Shown piece after piece: positions 18,403-26,419 of a DNA stretch of 33,805 nucleotides (positions within the stretch are counted from its first letter, which is position 1; each line of letters begins with the position of its first letter). The stretch comes from a virus. Its lineage: Duplodnaviria > Caudoviricetes. The stretch is from positions 1 through 33,805 of the IMG/VR virus record IMGVR_UViG_3300043443_000410; one strand, 5' to 3'. The notes beneath the pieces are model-generated. The model saw only the letters and a list, made by a program, of their open reading frames with translations, had not been told where the DNA came from and made no database searches. The translations under genes were made by a program, and so were the position numbers.

Positions 18403-18728
18403 TGAGCCTCTGGCGGAAACTGCTCCAGCCACAGTTTGAAATGTGGCTGGGTGTTCCCAGATCTCCCGGCTGGCGCGCCGTCCGGTCCAAGCATCTAACG
18501 CAGTTCCCGACCTGCGCCGCTTGCGGACGCTCCAAGGACTTGGAGGTCCACCATGTGGTGCCATTTCACCTGAACCGCGATGCGGAGCTAGACCCGGCCA
18601 ATCTCCTCACACTGTGCGGAGATTCCTGCCATCTTGCATTTGGCCACTTGTTTGACTGGCAAAGCTACAACCCCGCAGTCCGTGAAGATTCAGCCGCGTT
18701 CCTGGCTAAAGTCCGCACCCGACCGTGA
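18402..18728 (+). CDS. HNH endonuclease
   Basis: CAACG...EVHHVVP...NLLTLC..CH; TAATG coupling. Confidence 0.88.
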   Translation: MSLWRKLLQPQFEMWLGVPRSPGWRAVRSKHLTQFPTCAACGRSKDLEVHHVVPFHLNRDAELDPANLLTLCGDSCHLAFGHLFDWQSYNPAVREDSAAFLAKVRTRP

Positions 18729-18735
18729 GGTTCCC

Positions 18736-19602
18736 ATGCCAATTCAGTGGTCCGTGTCCAAGGTGGACGATAAAGTCCATCGTCTCACCTACACCATCGA
18801 CTCGGTCGGGAAGGATGTTCCCGAGCTACTGGTCCTCACCGACCTGCACTGGGACTCGGCGCAATGCGATCTGGGTCTGCTCAAACAGCACATGGATCTG
18901 GCGCTGTCCCGAAAGATCCCGATCCTGATCGGTGGCGACCTGTTCGATGTCATGCAAGGGCGCTGGGATCCGCGAGCCAGCCAGGACAGTTTGCGGGAAG
19001 AGCATCGAGGCGGTAGATACTTCGACAGCGTGATTAGCACGGCGCTCGATTGGTTCAAACCTTACAAGGACATCTTGGCAGTAGTCGCACCAGGCAATCA
19101 CGAGACATCAATCGCCAAGCGCCACGACACAAACTTGATCTCCCGGTTCGTGGAAGGCCTTACCCGTATGGGAGCCACCACGCTGGAGGCCGGGTACTGG
19201 GGATTTGTGCAGATTCAGGTCGCCCAAAAAAATAGTCATAAAGGACAAATATTGTTACATTTTACACATGGCAGTGGAGGAGGAGCCGAGGTCACTCGCG
19301 GATTTATAGACCAGAATCGCATACGCTCGATGTACTCGGCAGACATCTACATATCCGGACACATCCACCGCAAAAACTACGACGAAAACATTATGCTCGG
19401 CGTGAGTAGCCTGGGGAAACTCCGGAAGCAAAAACAACTGTTTTTGAGGTGTTCGACCTACAAGGACGAGATCGATGGTTGGCACGCGGAGAAAGGCCGC
19501 GCCGCTCGTCCGCTTGGCGGATGGATCCTCCAGTTCAATTGCAAGCGCGTCTCTAAACACGACGGCAGCATCGAGATCACACCGCAGGCGATTGCGCCGT
19601 GA
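18736..19602 (+). CDS. Calcineurin-like metallophosphoesterase
   Basis: DLH, GD.FD, GNHE, THG, GHIH motifs in canonical order. Confidence 0.9.
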   Translation: MPIQWSVSKVDDKVHRLTYTIDSVGKDVPELLVLTDLHWDSAQCDLGLLKQHMDLALSRKIPILIGGDLFDVMQGRWDPRASQDSLREEHRGGRYFDSVISTALDWFKPYKDILAVVAPGNHETSIAKRHDTNLISRFVEGLTRMGATTLEAGYWGFVQIQVAQKNSHKGQILLHFTHGSGGGAEVTRGFIDQNRIRSMYSADIYISGHIHRKNYDENIMLGVSSLGKLRKQKQLFLRCSTYKDEIDGWHAEKGRAARPLGGWILQFNCKRVSKHDGSIEITPQAIAP

Positions 19603-20030
19603 TTCAGTTGCCGGACCTGCGGCAGCAAACCGACTACGACTGCGGTGCCGTGTGCTGCCAGATCGTGTGGCAGTATTTCGGGATGCCACGCCGGAAGGTC
19701 GATTCCAACCAGATCGATGGCACCGATCCCAGAACGCTCGAAGCTGCGCTGCGAGTTTCAGGCCTGCCGGTCCTCAGCGGGGAAATGACGGTATCGGATC
19801 TGGTGTATTTTGCGCGCAGCAAAAGGCCGACCATTGTCCTGGCAAAAACTATTGGTGAACCTGTGACTGGTCATTACATGGTCTGCGCTGGCAGCCGGGA
19901 CCGGCGGTTGCATTTTCAATGTCCCACACGCGGACCGATCGTCGAAACGCCGAGGCGGTTCGATAAGCGCTGGCACGATGTGGACCGGCATGGGACGGTG
20001 TTCAGGCGGTGGGGAATTGTGGTGGGTTAA
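19599..20030 (+). CDS. C39-like cysteine peptidase, stand-alone
   Basis: QQTDYDCGAVC and GHYMV motifs. Confidence 0.8.
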   Translation: MIQLPDLRQQTDYDCGAVCCQIVWQYFGMPRRKVDSNQIDGTDPRTLEAALRVSGLPVLSGEMTVSDLVYFARSKRPTIVLAKTIGEPVTGHYMVCAGSRDRRLHFQCPTRGPIVETPRRFDKRWHDVDRHGTVFRRWGIVVG

Positions 20031-21178
20031 CCGTACTTTTCAACCACCGATTGCCTTTGCGCCTCGGTGATCTGAGCATATCTCAGCGTGATGTTTCCCG
20101 ACTGGTGGCCAAGAATGGACCCGATCACATCGGTGTCCACGCCTTTCAGCTTTAGATAGGTCGCTGCCGTGTGTCGGATCTGGCGCGGCGTGTACGCTGG
20201 CAAGCCGAGTTCTTGACATTTCCTGACAAACACATTTCGGTATGTGTCCTTAAGAATGGTTCCGCCTTTGCTTGTGGGAAACAACAACCCGCCGGCCTTG
20301 GCCGAATCAATGAACGGCGCTACCGCTCGGCGCGCCTTCGGTCCCAACAGGATCACCAATTTTTGGCCTCGATGCCGGCCTTTGTGCTGGCGGGGAATGT
20401 ATTGCCATGTGGTGCCAGTTCGCTTGAATTCCTTGGCGCTGGCGGTGATGGCGGTCTCGGCACGCTGGCCGGTATACAAATGAAAATCAAAAATCTGTCG
20501 CCATCGTCCGGTAAGTGAATGTCGCAGCATGGCCAGGTGGCGAATCGGGATTGGCTCGATCTGTTTGGATTTCTTGCCGAATCCCCGGACACGCTCCCAC
20601 CTGGACAATCGGATGAACTGTTCGCTGGTAATCCAGTCCTGTTTTTCGGCCTTGGAAAAACACCTGACCAGTCGACCCATGTACTCTCGGATCGTCTTGG
20701 CGCTTACCTTTTTCTTTCCCATCGCCAGACGGTCGCGGACGAGGTGCATGTGCTGGCGGGAGATCTTCTTGAGCGGCACCGTTCCAAGGCCGAAATCGGC
20801 AATCAGCTGGGCCGCGCGCTTGCATACGCCGTATTCCCCGGTGGGCCTGCCATCGAGCCGGACATACTCACGCCGGCATTCCTCCAACCACCATGCCAGC
20901 AGGCCTGCCCAGGTGTGAACCTTTTGAGGGATGCGTGTTTTGATTTCCCCAACATTTTCTCTGATATATTCTTCTACCCATTTGGCATAAGCCAATTGAG
21001 TTTCGATTACCCCGGTTGGACCAAAGTAGACCACCCGTTTTGTGCCAGGGATCGTCACATAGGACCGACCGGATGCCTTGTGCTGGCGCAGGGTAGGCAC
21101 CCGGATTTTCGGTAATCCTGACGGAATTTCGGTAGAGTCCTTCGGTACCTGCTTCTTTTTTCGGTAATCTTCAGGCAT
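20027..21178 (-). CDS. int: Tyrosine integrase
   Basis: TGQR, RQIRHT, LGH and catalytic Tyr (LRYA); N-terminal arm-binding-like LRQHKASGRSYVT; adjacent attP. Confidence 0.93.
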   Translation of the reverse strand: MPEDYRKKKQVPKDSTEIPSGLPKIRVPTLRQHKASGRSYVTIPGTKRVVYFGPTGVIETQLAYAKWVEEYIRENVGEIKTRIPQKVHTWAGLLAWWLEECRREYVRLDGRPTGEYGVCKRAAQLIADFGLGTVPLKKISRQHMHLVRDRLAMGKKKVSAKTIREYMGRLVRCFSKAEKQDWITSEQFIRLSRWERVRGFGKKSKQIEPIPIRHLAMLRHSLTGRWRQIFDFHLYTGQRAETAITASAKEFKRTGTTWQYIPRQHKGRHRGQKLVILLGPKARRAVAPFIDSAKAGGLLFPTSKGGTILKDTYRNVFVRKCQELGLPAYTPRQIRHTAATYLKLKGVDTDVIGSILGHQSGNITLRYAQITEAQRQSVVEKYG

Positions 21179-21421
21179 TTTCGGTAATCCTAACCGAGCT
21201 TGCTCCTTTGCGTTTTTCCCTTGTTTTCCAGAGGTTTTGGGTATTCGGGGCGACAGGATTCGAACCTGCGACTTCTTGGTCCCAAACCAAATTGAAAAAT
21301 CGGGAAAAGACTACAAAACAAGCTGTTTTTGCAGTTCAGCCACCGTTCTGGCGACCAACACTTACCCCCATTTTCCCCTGATTTCTTCGGTACGGAAGTG
21401 CAATTTCGGTAATTCGGTAAT
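21107..21421 (+). repeat. Eight direct TTCGGTA(AT) repeats flanking the att core (putative integrase arm sites)
   Basis: TTCGGTA at 21108, 21128, 21141, 21160, 21180 and 21386, 21405, 21413. Confidence 0.75.
21245..21290 (-). other. attP core: 3' half of tRNA-Pro(TGG)
   Basis: Minus strand reads TTGGTTTGGGACCAAGAAGTCGCAGGTTCGAATCCTGTCGCCCCGA = anticodon arm, T arm and acceptor 3' strand; no 5' half. Confidence 0.9.
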
Positions 21422-21481
21422 TCTTGTTTTTCTTAGTTGCCAACAAAGCAGTCGCTGGTAATTTAATCCGGGTACACCGGG

Positions 21482-21511
21482 TTGACCGGTTGTACTGAAC
21501 ATGCGTACAGT
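21482..21511 (+). promoter_or_regulatory. Possible sigma70 promoter for xis with an internal inverted repeat
   Basis: TTGACC-N18-TACAGT; TGTAC-N9-GTACA overlaps it. Confidence 0.4.
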
Positions 21512-21606
21512 AGAAGTGTAGGGGGCAGTTGACCTCTACCCTGATCGCCAAGTCGGCGGTCTGCCAGGTGCCAGCAAGGCCTGGACGATTTCCGGGATAA
21601 CAATCA

Positions 21607-21891
21607 GTGGAGTATCTGCGAACGACTGAAGTGGCCAACCAGTTGGCCGTTTCACCCAACACTGTTTTGAGTTGGATCACCACCGGCGTACACATTGCCG
21701 GCAAGAATCATCGGCTCGACGCGCAACGCATCGGGCGCAATTTCCGGATCACCCAAGATTCGGTTTACAGATTTCTGGCTGAAATGCAGCCCAACAACCC
21801 TATTTCTTCCGAGGCTTCCGCGCCTTCGGTTTTGCGCCTTCCGTCTCGGCGGGAGTCTCGGAGCCTAGAGCGGCAGTTACGGAAGAAATGA
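21607..21891 (+). CDS. xis: Excisionase-like HTH protein
   Basis: YLRTTEVANQLAVSPNTVLSWI...AQRIGRNFRI; next to attP. Confidence 0.85.
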   Translation: MEYLRTTEVANQLAVSPNTVLSWITTGVHIAGKNHRLDAQRIGRNFRITQDSVYRFLAEMQPNNPISSEASAPSVLRLPSRRESRSLERQLRKK

Positions 21892-22048
21892 TTTCTGGGA
21901 AATGCTGCTCCAAGTAAATGGTTATCGCATGAATCGCAATTGCGTTCATCGTTGACTGCGGTTTGGACTGTTCGGATGCCAATTTGAGCCTTGCATGAGT
22001 CAAGGCATCAAGTCTCACCGGATAGTTTGGTTGCGGTTGTCTGACCAT
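21800..22048 (-). CDS. Arc/Mnt-like ribbon-helix-helix regulator (putative repressor)
   Basis: NYPVRLD strand followed by two helices (HARLKLAS, TMNAIAIHAI); SD GGAGG; divergent from the early operon. Confidence 0.7.
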   Translation of the reverse strand: MVRQPQPNYPVRLDALTHARLKLASEQSKPQSTMNAIAIHAITIYLEQHFPEIISSVTAALGSETPAETEGAKPKARKPRKK

Positions 22049-22143
22049 TTTTCTGATGCACCTCCCTAACCAACAATTCTAGCCGTTTTGCGTCAACAAC
22101 AAAGGCGTTTGGTGTCGATGTAGAAACCGGTAGTAAACTACTA

Positions 22144-22172
22144 TTGACTCATGTTTACTTCCGGGTAAACAT
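22144..22172 (+). promoter_or_regulatory. Early promoter overlapped by a palindromic operator
   Basis: TTGACT at 22144; perfect inverted repeat ATGTTTAC-N6-GTAAACAT at 22151-22172 covers the spacer and -10. Confidence 0.65.
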
Positions 22173-22190
22173 ACGCCAAGGCGGTGCAAC

Positions 22191-22328
22191 ATGAACAACC
22201 TGTGGAATCTGTGTGTCGTTCTGGTGTGCGCCGTGCTGTGTGGATGTTCGGCGATGAGGTACGAGGTTCAGGTGTCTTATTCGCCTGCAATGGATTGCGC
22301 CGTCACCGCAAGGGTGATGGGGAACTGA
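22191..22328 (+). CDS. Small putative lipoprotein (45 aa, not in the ORF track)
   Basis: MNNLWNLCVVLVCAVLCGC-SAMRYEVQVSY...; hydrophobic core and LCGC lipobox-like motif. Confidence 0.55.
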   Translation: MNNLWNLCVVLVCAVLCGCSAMRYEVQVSYSPAMDCAVTARVMGN

Positions 22329-22344
22329 TAGGGGAGGTCAGCTG

Positions 22345-22593
22345 ATGTTGGTCATCACATGCCGGGACAAAGAGTCATTCCGGGTTAGCCACGAAGGGGT
22401 CGAAGTATGGATCACGCTGAAGAAGCACAACGGAAAGATCCGCGTCTATGTCAGCGGTCCCAAGGCGCTTCAGGTGCTGCGGGAGAACCTGTGCGAATCG
22501 GAACCTGCGGCAAGTGCGGAAGCGCCGATTTCGGAGACATCTCCGGCCTTTGCTGGCGCTGCTTCCGGGCTGAGCAGGAGGATTGACCAATGA
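22345..22593 (+). CDS. csrA: CsrA-like protein (diverged)
   Basis: MLVITCRDKES...KIRVYVSGPKALQVLRENL aligns with CsrA MLILTRRVGE...VRIGVNAPKEVSVHREEI; SD GGAGG. Confidence 0.75.
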   Translation: MLVITCRDKESFRVSHEGVEVWITLKKHNGKIRVYVSGPKALQVLRENLCESEPAASAEAPISETSPAFAGAASGLSRRIDQ

Positions 22594-22784
22594 AGATCAT
22601 TGCATCCCTCAAGGACTGCCCATGCGGTTCAGGAGAAATGTCCAGGGACATGTACGACGCGCGCGGCCTGTACCTGGCTCGGGTGTGCGGTCATTGCATC
22701 GAGCGCCGAATGGGAGCATTCCGGCCCGAGGTGCTGACCGACCGCAACTACGACCACGACGAACCAATTGAGGAGGACGCATGA
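22590..22784 (+). CDS. Small Zn-binding hypothetical protein
   Basis: CPCGSG...YDARG...C..C; ATGA coupling at both ends. Confidence 0.75.
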   Translation: MKIIASLKDCPCGSGEMSRDMYDARGLYLARVCGHCIERRMGAFRPEVLTDRNYDHDEPIEEDA

Positions 22785-22978
22785 CCATCGAACAGATCAG
22801 CGCGGCTCTTGAAGGAACCATTTGGGAAGACCACATCAGGAAGATGCTTAACGAAGGATTTGACGATGCAGATAACCGACCCGCACTTCAACAGTCTGGA
22901 TCTGTCAGCAGCGACACGCCTGTCGGTCTGCTCGATCTGCCAGCGGTTCCAGATTCCATACGACGCGAAGCGCGATGA
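22781..22978 (+). CDS. Hypothetical protein
   Basis: SD GGAGG and ATGA overlap; 3' half overlaps the next gene. Confidence 0.5.
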   Translation: MTIEQISAALEGTIWEDHIRKMLNEGFDDADNRPALQQSGSVSSDTPVGLLDLPAVPDSIRREAR

Positions 22979-23117
22979 ACTGACCGACACGATGGTCTAC
23001 CGAGCCAGAGGCTGGATTGGGCAAAGCGCCAACAGCCGAGTGCCGGAAACAAACCGACCGTGGTGTACCGATTGCCGGTTGATGCATTTTGAGGCGAAGC
23101 GAAAGGAGGCGGCATGA
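22866..23117 (+). CDS. Zn-ribbon hypothetical protein
   Basis: CSIC...CTDC; stop coupled to the next ATG. Confidence 0.6.
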   Translation: MQITDPHFNSLDLSAATRLSVCSICQRFQIPYDAKRDELTDTMVYRARGWIGQSANSRVPETNRPWCTDCRLMHFEAKRKEAA

Positions 23118-23458
23118 GTGCCAACATTCTGCCCGAGCTGCTGCGCCAGAACGCGGATGACCAGTCGCTGCGCTTCGTCGAGTTCTACAACGCGTGGGTG
23201 CAGGCCGGGTGCCAAGGACACTGGCAGGGAACGACGGTCGATGGGTGCTGGAGGTTTCTGGTCAGAACTGAGATCGACCAGGACGGATACCTTCAGCCCA
23301 GCGTGTGGGTGGAGGAACGGCGCAATGCTCCATCCGGCCCTGGCAAATTCTGGATGTTTCCGAAAGTTTTCGGATGCCACAAGAGACACCCAAGCGAATG
23401 GTTTGCCTTGGTTTTGCGTGGCCTGTCCGACCGCGCGTCACTGCTGGACATGCCTTGA
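23114..23458 (+). CDS. Hypothetical protein
   Basis: SD AGGAGG, ATGA overlap. Confidence 0.65.
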   Translation: MSANILPELLRQNADDQSLRFVEFYNAWVQAGCQGHWQGTTVDGCWRFLVRTEIDQDGYLQPSVWVEERRNAPSGPGKFWMFPKVFGCHKRHPSEWFALVLRGLSDRASLLDMP

Positions 23459-23590
23459 GCCACTGTCGTGGAGTCCGCCAGATGCTCCGGTGCTGGTGGA
23501 TCAAGTTAAACCCGGAGGACAGTAAAGGAGGCTCCCTTTCAACAGTAAGTGCATTGGTGCTGATTCTTTCTTTGCAGTTTAGATCTGGTG

Positions 23591-23799
23591 TTCACCTGCT
23601 GGCGTGTGCGCCAGGGTTCGATTCCCTGGGGGTGAAATGGTGGTACGGGTTGGCGCTTGATGTTTAGGACTGGGAGGCGGAGCCTTGAACCTTCCAAACT
23701 CTGAACCGAACGGCGAGCCTTTTACCACGCTTGTGGCACCCAACCACCACAGGCCCGCGCGATGGTCGGCATCATCGGCGTTTCGACACGCTGGCGCGG
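23591..23799 (+). ncRNA. Two candidate mini-tRNA-like structures (23591-23636 and 23755-23799)
   Basis: Each has a closing stem, a short hairpin and a TTCGA T-loop arm; found by manual pairing only. Confidence 0.35.
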
Positions 23800-23832
23800 C
23801 TTTGATTTTTTCGAATCGGCAGGAGGCTTTGG

Positions 23833-24015
23833 ATGCACAGATCGAAAGTGGAAAAACAGCGCCGGGAGACGGAGCGGTATCGGCAACTGGTTGGGTTCTG
23901 CGTGATGTGTCGAGGCTCAAAAAAATTCATGGCGATGCCTGGCAGCACGACCTGCCTGAAGCATAAGCCACCGGCCAGACGGAATCTGATGCGTCGTTTG
24001 ATGAATGTTAACTAG
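23833..24015 (+). CDS. Small basic Zn-finger-like protein
   Basis: SD AGGAGG; CVMC...CLKH. Confidence 0.65.
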   Translation: MHRSKVEKQRRETERYRQLVGFCVMCRGSKKFMAMPGSTTCLKHKPPARRNLMRRLMNVN

Positions 24016-24028
24016 GAGGTGGTGGACC

Positions 24029-24766
24029 GTGAGTGAGACAGCAATCGCAGTGATCGAACCGAACAATCCGCAGTTGGTTGTGACCCGAGGGCAAGCGACG
24101 GCAAATGCCTGCCGGCAGATTGTCCTCAAATGCTCGATGCAGTTGCAGGGTAAGACCTACATCAAAGCGGAGGGCTGGCAAGCGCTGGCCGCATCGTGCG
24201 GGTATTCGCCACGCATCGGCACCGTTGAGGAACTGAGCAACGGTGACATCCGCGCCGTGTGCGATCTGGTGCGCCTGAGCGATGGCGAAATCGTCGCATC
24301 GGCTGAAGGTTATCTCGGCGTGGATGAATCCACCTGGGCACGCCGGCCACGGTATGCGCGCCGTGCGATGGCGCAGACCCGAGCCACCAGTCGGGCTTGT
24401 CGCTCGGCGCTGGCGTGGATTGTTCCGCTGCTCGATGCCGGATTGGAGACCACGCCGGCGGAAGAGATACCACACGCTGAAATTGAAACAAGAGCGATGC
24501 CGGTGCAGACAACATCGATGCCTGCGGTGGAAACACCCGAGGCAAAGGTCGAGCGCAATGTATCCGAGCAGACCATGCAAAAGATCGTCGGCCTTATTTC
24601 CCGAGCTAAGCGGGAAGGCGTGATCGATGACGCGGAGAAATTCCGCAGCGAGATGCGCCAAACCTACGGCGTGAAAAGCGCCAAGGATCTCACCGAGGCG
24701 CAGGCCGAGGAAGTTTTGGACAGTTTGCAAACCATGATTGCCGAGCGTTCGGCAATTGCACAGTAA
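24029..24766 (+). CDS. Putative single-strand annealing / recombination protein
   Basis: GTG after AGGAGGT; GKTYIKAEGW...MAQTRA.SRA.R...TPAEEI pattern; upstream of the SSB-like gene. Confidence 0.6.
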   Translation: MSETAIAVIEPNNPQLVVTRGQATANACRQIVLKCSMQLQGKTYIKAEGWQALAASCGYSPRIGTVEELSNGDIRAVCDLVRLSDGEIVASAEGYLGVDESTWARRPRYARRAMAQTRATSRACRSALAWIVPLLDAGLETTPAEEIPHAEIETRAMPVQTTSMPAVETPEAKVERNVSEQTMQKIVGLISRAKREGVIDDAEKFRSEMRQTYGVKSAKDLTEAQAEEVLDSLQTMIAERSAIAQ

Positions 24767-24779
24767 GGAGGGAATACCA

Positions 24780-25244
24780 ATGGATCTGAGCGAATTCGAT
24801 GCGATGCTGGCCGGCACCAAACCACAGGAAAAGCGCCAGTACGAGACCATTCGACCGGGAACCTACTTTGTCGAGATTGTTTCTGAGGACACCAAGTCCA
24901 CCAAGGCCGGAGACGGTGAATACCTCGAACTGGTGCTGCGGATTGAGCATGGCGAGTTTGCCGGCCAGCGGATTTGGGACCGGCTGAACCTGAAGAACCG
25001 TTCCACCAAAGCTGTAGAGATTGCCTTGGCAACTCTGCGCTCCATCCAACGCGCCTGCGGCATTGAAAAGCTGGGATCCTCCGCAGATCTGGTTGGCCAC
25101 AAGTTGCGGGTAAAAACTCGTTTGCGTGAGTGGAACGGCAAGCAGTCTGCGGAGGTTGTCGAGTACGACTCGTACCATTCCGAACCGCCGGTGGTTAATC
25201 CGCAACCCGGCAAGGAATTCGGCAACGACGATTTCCCATTCTGA
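24780..25244 (+). CDS. DUF669-like ssDNA-binding protein
   Basis: PGTY.VEI...TKAGDGEYLEL...GEFAGQRIWD; acidic tail DDFPF. Confidence 0.8.
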   Translation: MDLSEFDAMLAGTKPQEKRQYETIRPGTYFVEIVSEDTKSTKAGDGEYLELVLRIEHGEFAGQRIWDRLNLKNRSTKAVEIALATLRSIQRACGIEKLGSSADLVGHKLRVKTRLREWNGKQSAEVVEYDSYHSEPPVVNPQPGKEFGNDDFPF

Positions 25245-25262
25245 CAATTTGAGGGATTAGAC

Positions 25263-25613
25263 GTGAAACAGAACGACCTTTTTGGAGGCGTGGATGCCTA
25301 CGGTATGCAGTTGCCGCCACCAACAGGAGCGGAATTGCGGGACAAGGCGATTCAGCAGGTGGCCGCAAACGCTCCACCTAACTGGATTGAGGACACGATC
25401 AACGCCATTCGGCATGTGTCACTTACTCATCGGCTGATCAGTTCGGATGACGTGTGGCCGCTGGTCATTCATCCGCCAGAACCACGCGCTATGGGTGCAG
25501 CGTTTCAGGAAGCAGCACGCCGAAACATCATCCGGAAAACTGACCGGGTGATTTCTAGTCGCAGGCCGGAATGTCATGGAAGGCCGATTGCAGTTTGGGA
25601 GGTGGTGGCATGA
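25263..25613 (+). CDS. Hypothetical phage protein
   Basis: PRAMGAAF...SRRPECHGRPIAVW pattern common in phage early regions. Confidence 0.75.
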   Translation: MKQNDLFGGVDAYGMQLPPPTGAELRDKAIQQVAANAPPNWIEDTINAIRHVSLTHRLISSDDVWPLVIHPPEPRAMGAAFQEAARRNIIRKTDRVISSRRPECHGRPIAVWEVVA

Positions 25614-26419
25614 GCGAAAAGCTAACTGGCACAGTAATTGGAATAGGTGCGCCAAACAGGACGCAGGACCGGCGAGTTGTTCAATGCGCCATATTGCTTG
25701 GCGATGACGACCTTGGGTTTTTTCGAGTCTTTTCTGAGTACCAAGGCAAAATGGATGGCCTGAGCCTGTGGGACAGATGCGAAGTGGATGTAATTGCCAG
25801 CAACAAAGACTCAAGGAAAAGGAGTTGGAAACTAGTTTCGGCTAGACAGGTGCCAGGAAAAATTGTGGATCGCGAGCATAAAAGGGAAATACTTGATTCA
25901 TGCTGTCGAGATTTCCAAGGCGATCCTGTTGATGTTTTGAACAAAGAAAAGGACAGCATTGGCGTTGTGCGCGTTAATCAAAGTGGCATTGGCTACACGA
26001 TGACGCATCGTGAATTTGAGGAATCGCCGGACCTTTATCAGACACAAAGCGAGACACCGCAAAAGCCATATGTGCGGTGGGTTGGCCAGTCTGGTAAGCC
26101 GCATGAAAGCCAGCTTTGCTCACACGAAGCTTATGAATGGATACGCAAAAACCCAAGCAGGCCTGACAGGCTTTGGGAAAACATGCAGTTATCCAACATT
26201 GATTACGACAAGTGGTTTGTCATTGGCAACATTGTCGCTTTTCAATCCACCTGGGTTGTCGTTCAGGTTCACCGTTTAAAAAAAACAACCCAGCAACATA
26301 TCGGCGCAAGCTGGTGGATCAACAGTGGAAAGCCAAGAGATTGGCCTTACTGTCTGCCCGTGGACATAGATGCCAGGCGTGTGGCATCCACGGGACAGGG
26401 ATTGCTGTTCACCATTTGA
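25610..26419 (+). CDS. Hypothetical protein (possible OB-fold); may frameshift into an HNH domain
   Basis: ATGA overlap after GGAGG; lower GC; slippery run at 26275-26285. Confidence 0.7.
   Translation: MSEKLTGTVIGIGAPNRTQDRRVVQCAILLGDDDLGFFRVFSEYQGKMDGLSLWDRCEVDVIASNKDSRKRSWKLVSARQVPGKIVDREHKREILDSCCRDFQGDPVDVLNKEKDSIGVVRVNQSGIGYTMTHREFEESPDLYQTQSETPQKPYVRWVGQSGKPHESQLCSHEAYEWIRKNPSRPDRLWENMQLSNIDYDKWFVIGNIVAFQSTWVVVQVHRLKKTTQQHIGASWWINSGKPRDWPYCLPVDIDARRVASTGQGLLFTI

Noticed and set aside
19225-19320. AT-rich patch in the phosphoesterase gene as an insertion or intron
   Set aside because: The reading frame and the conserved THG motif run through it; no splice or repeat signals
21245-21290. 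Functional tRNA-Pro gene
   Set aside because: Only the anticodon arm to acceptor 3' strand is present, with no D arm or 5' acceptor strand; interpreted as the attP core
23591-23636. Canonical tRNA around GGTTCGATTCC
   Set aside because: Too short, with no D arm plus anticodon arm; kept only as a tRNA-like candidate
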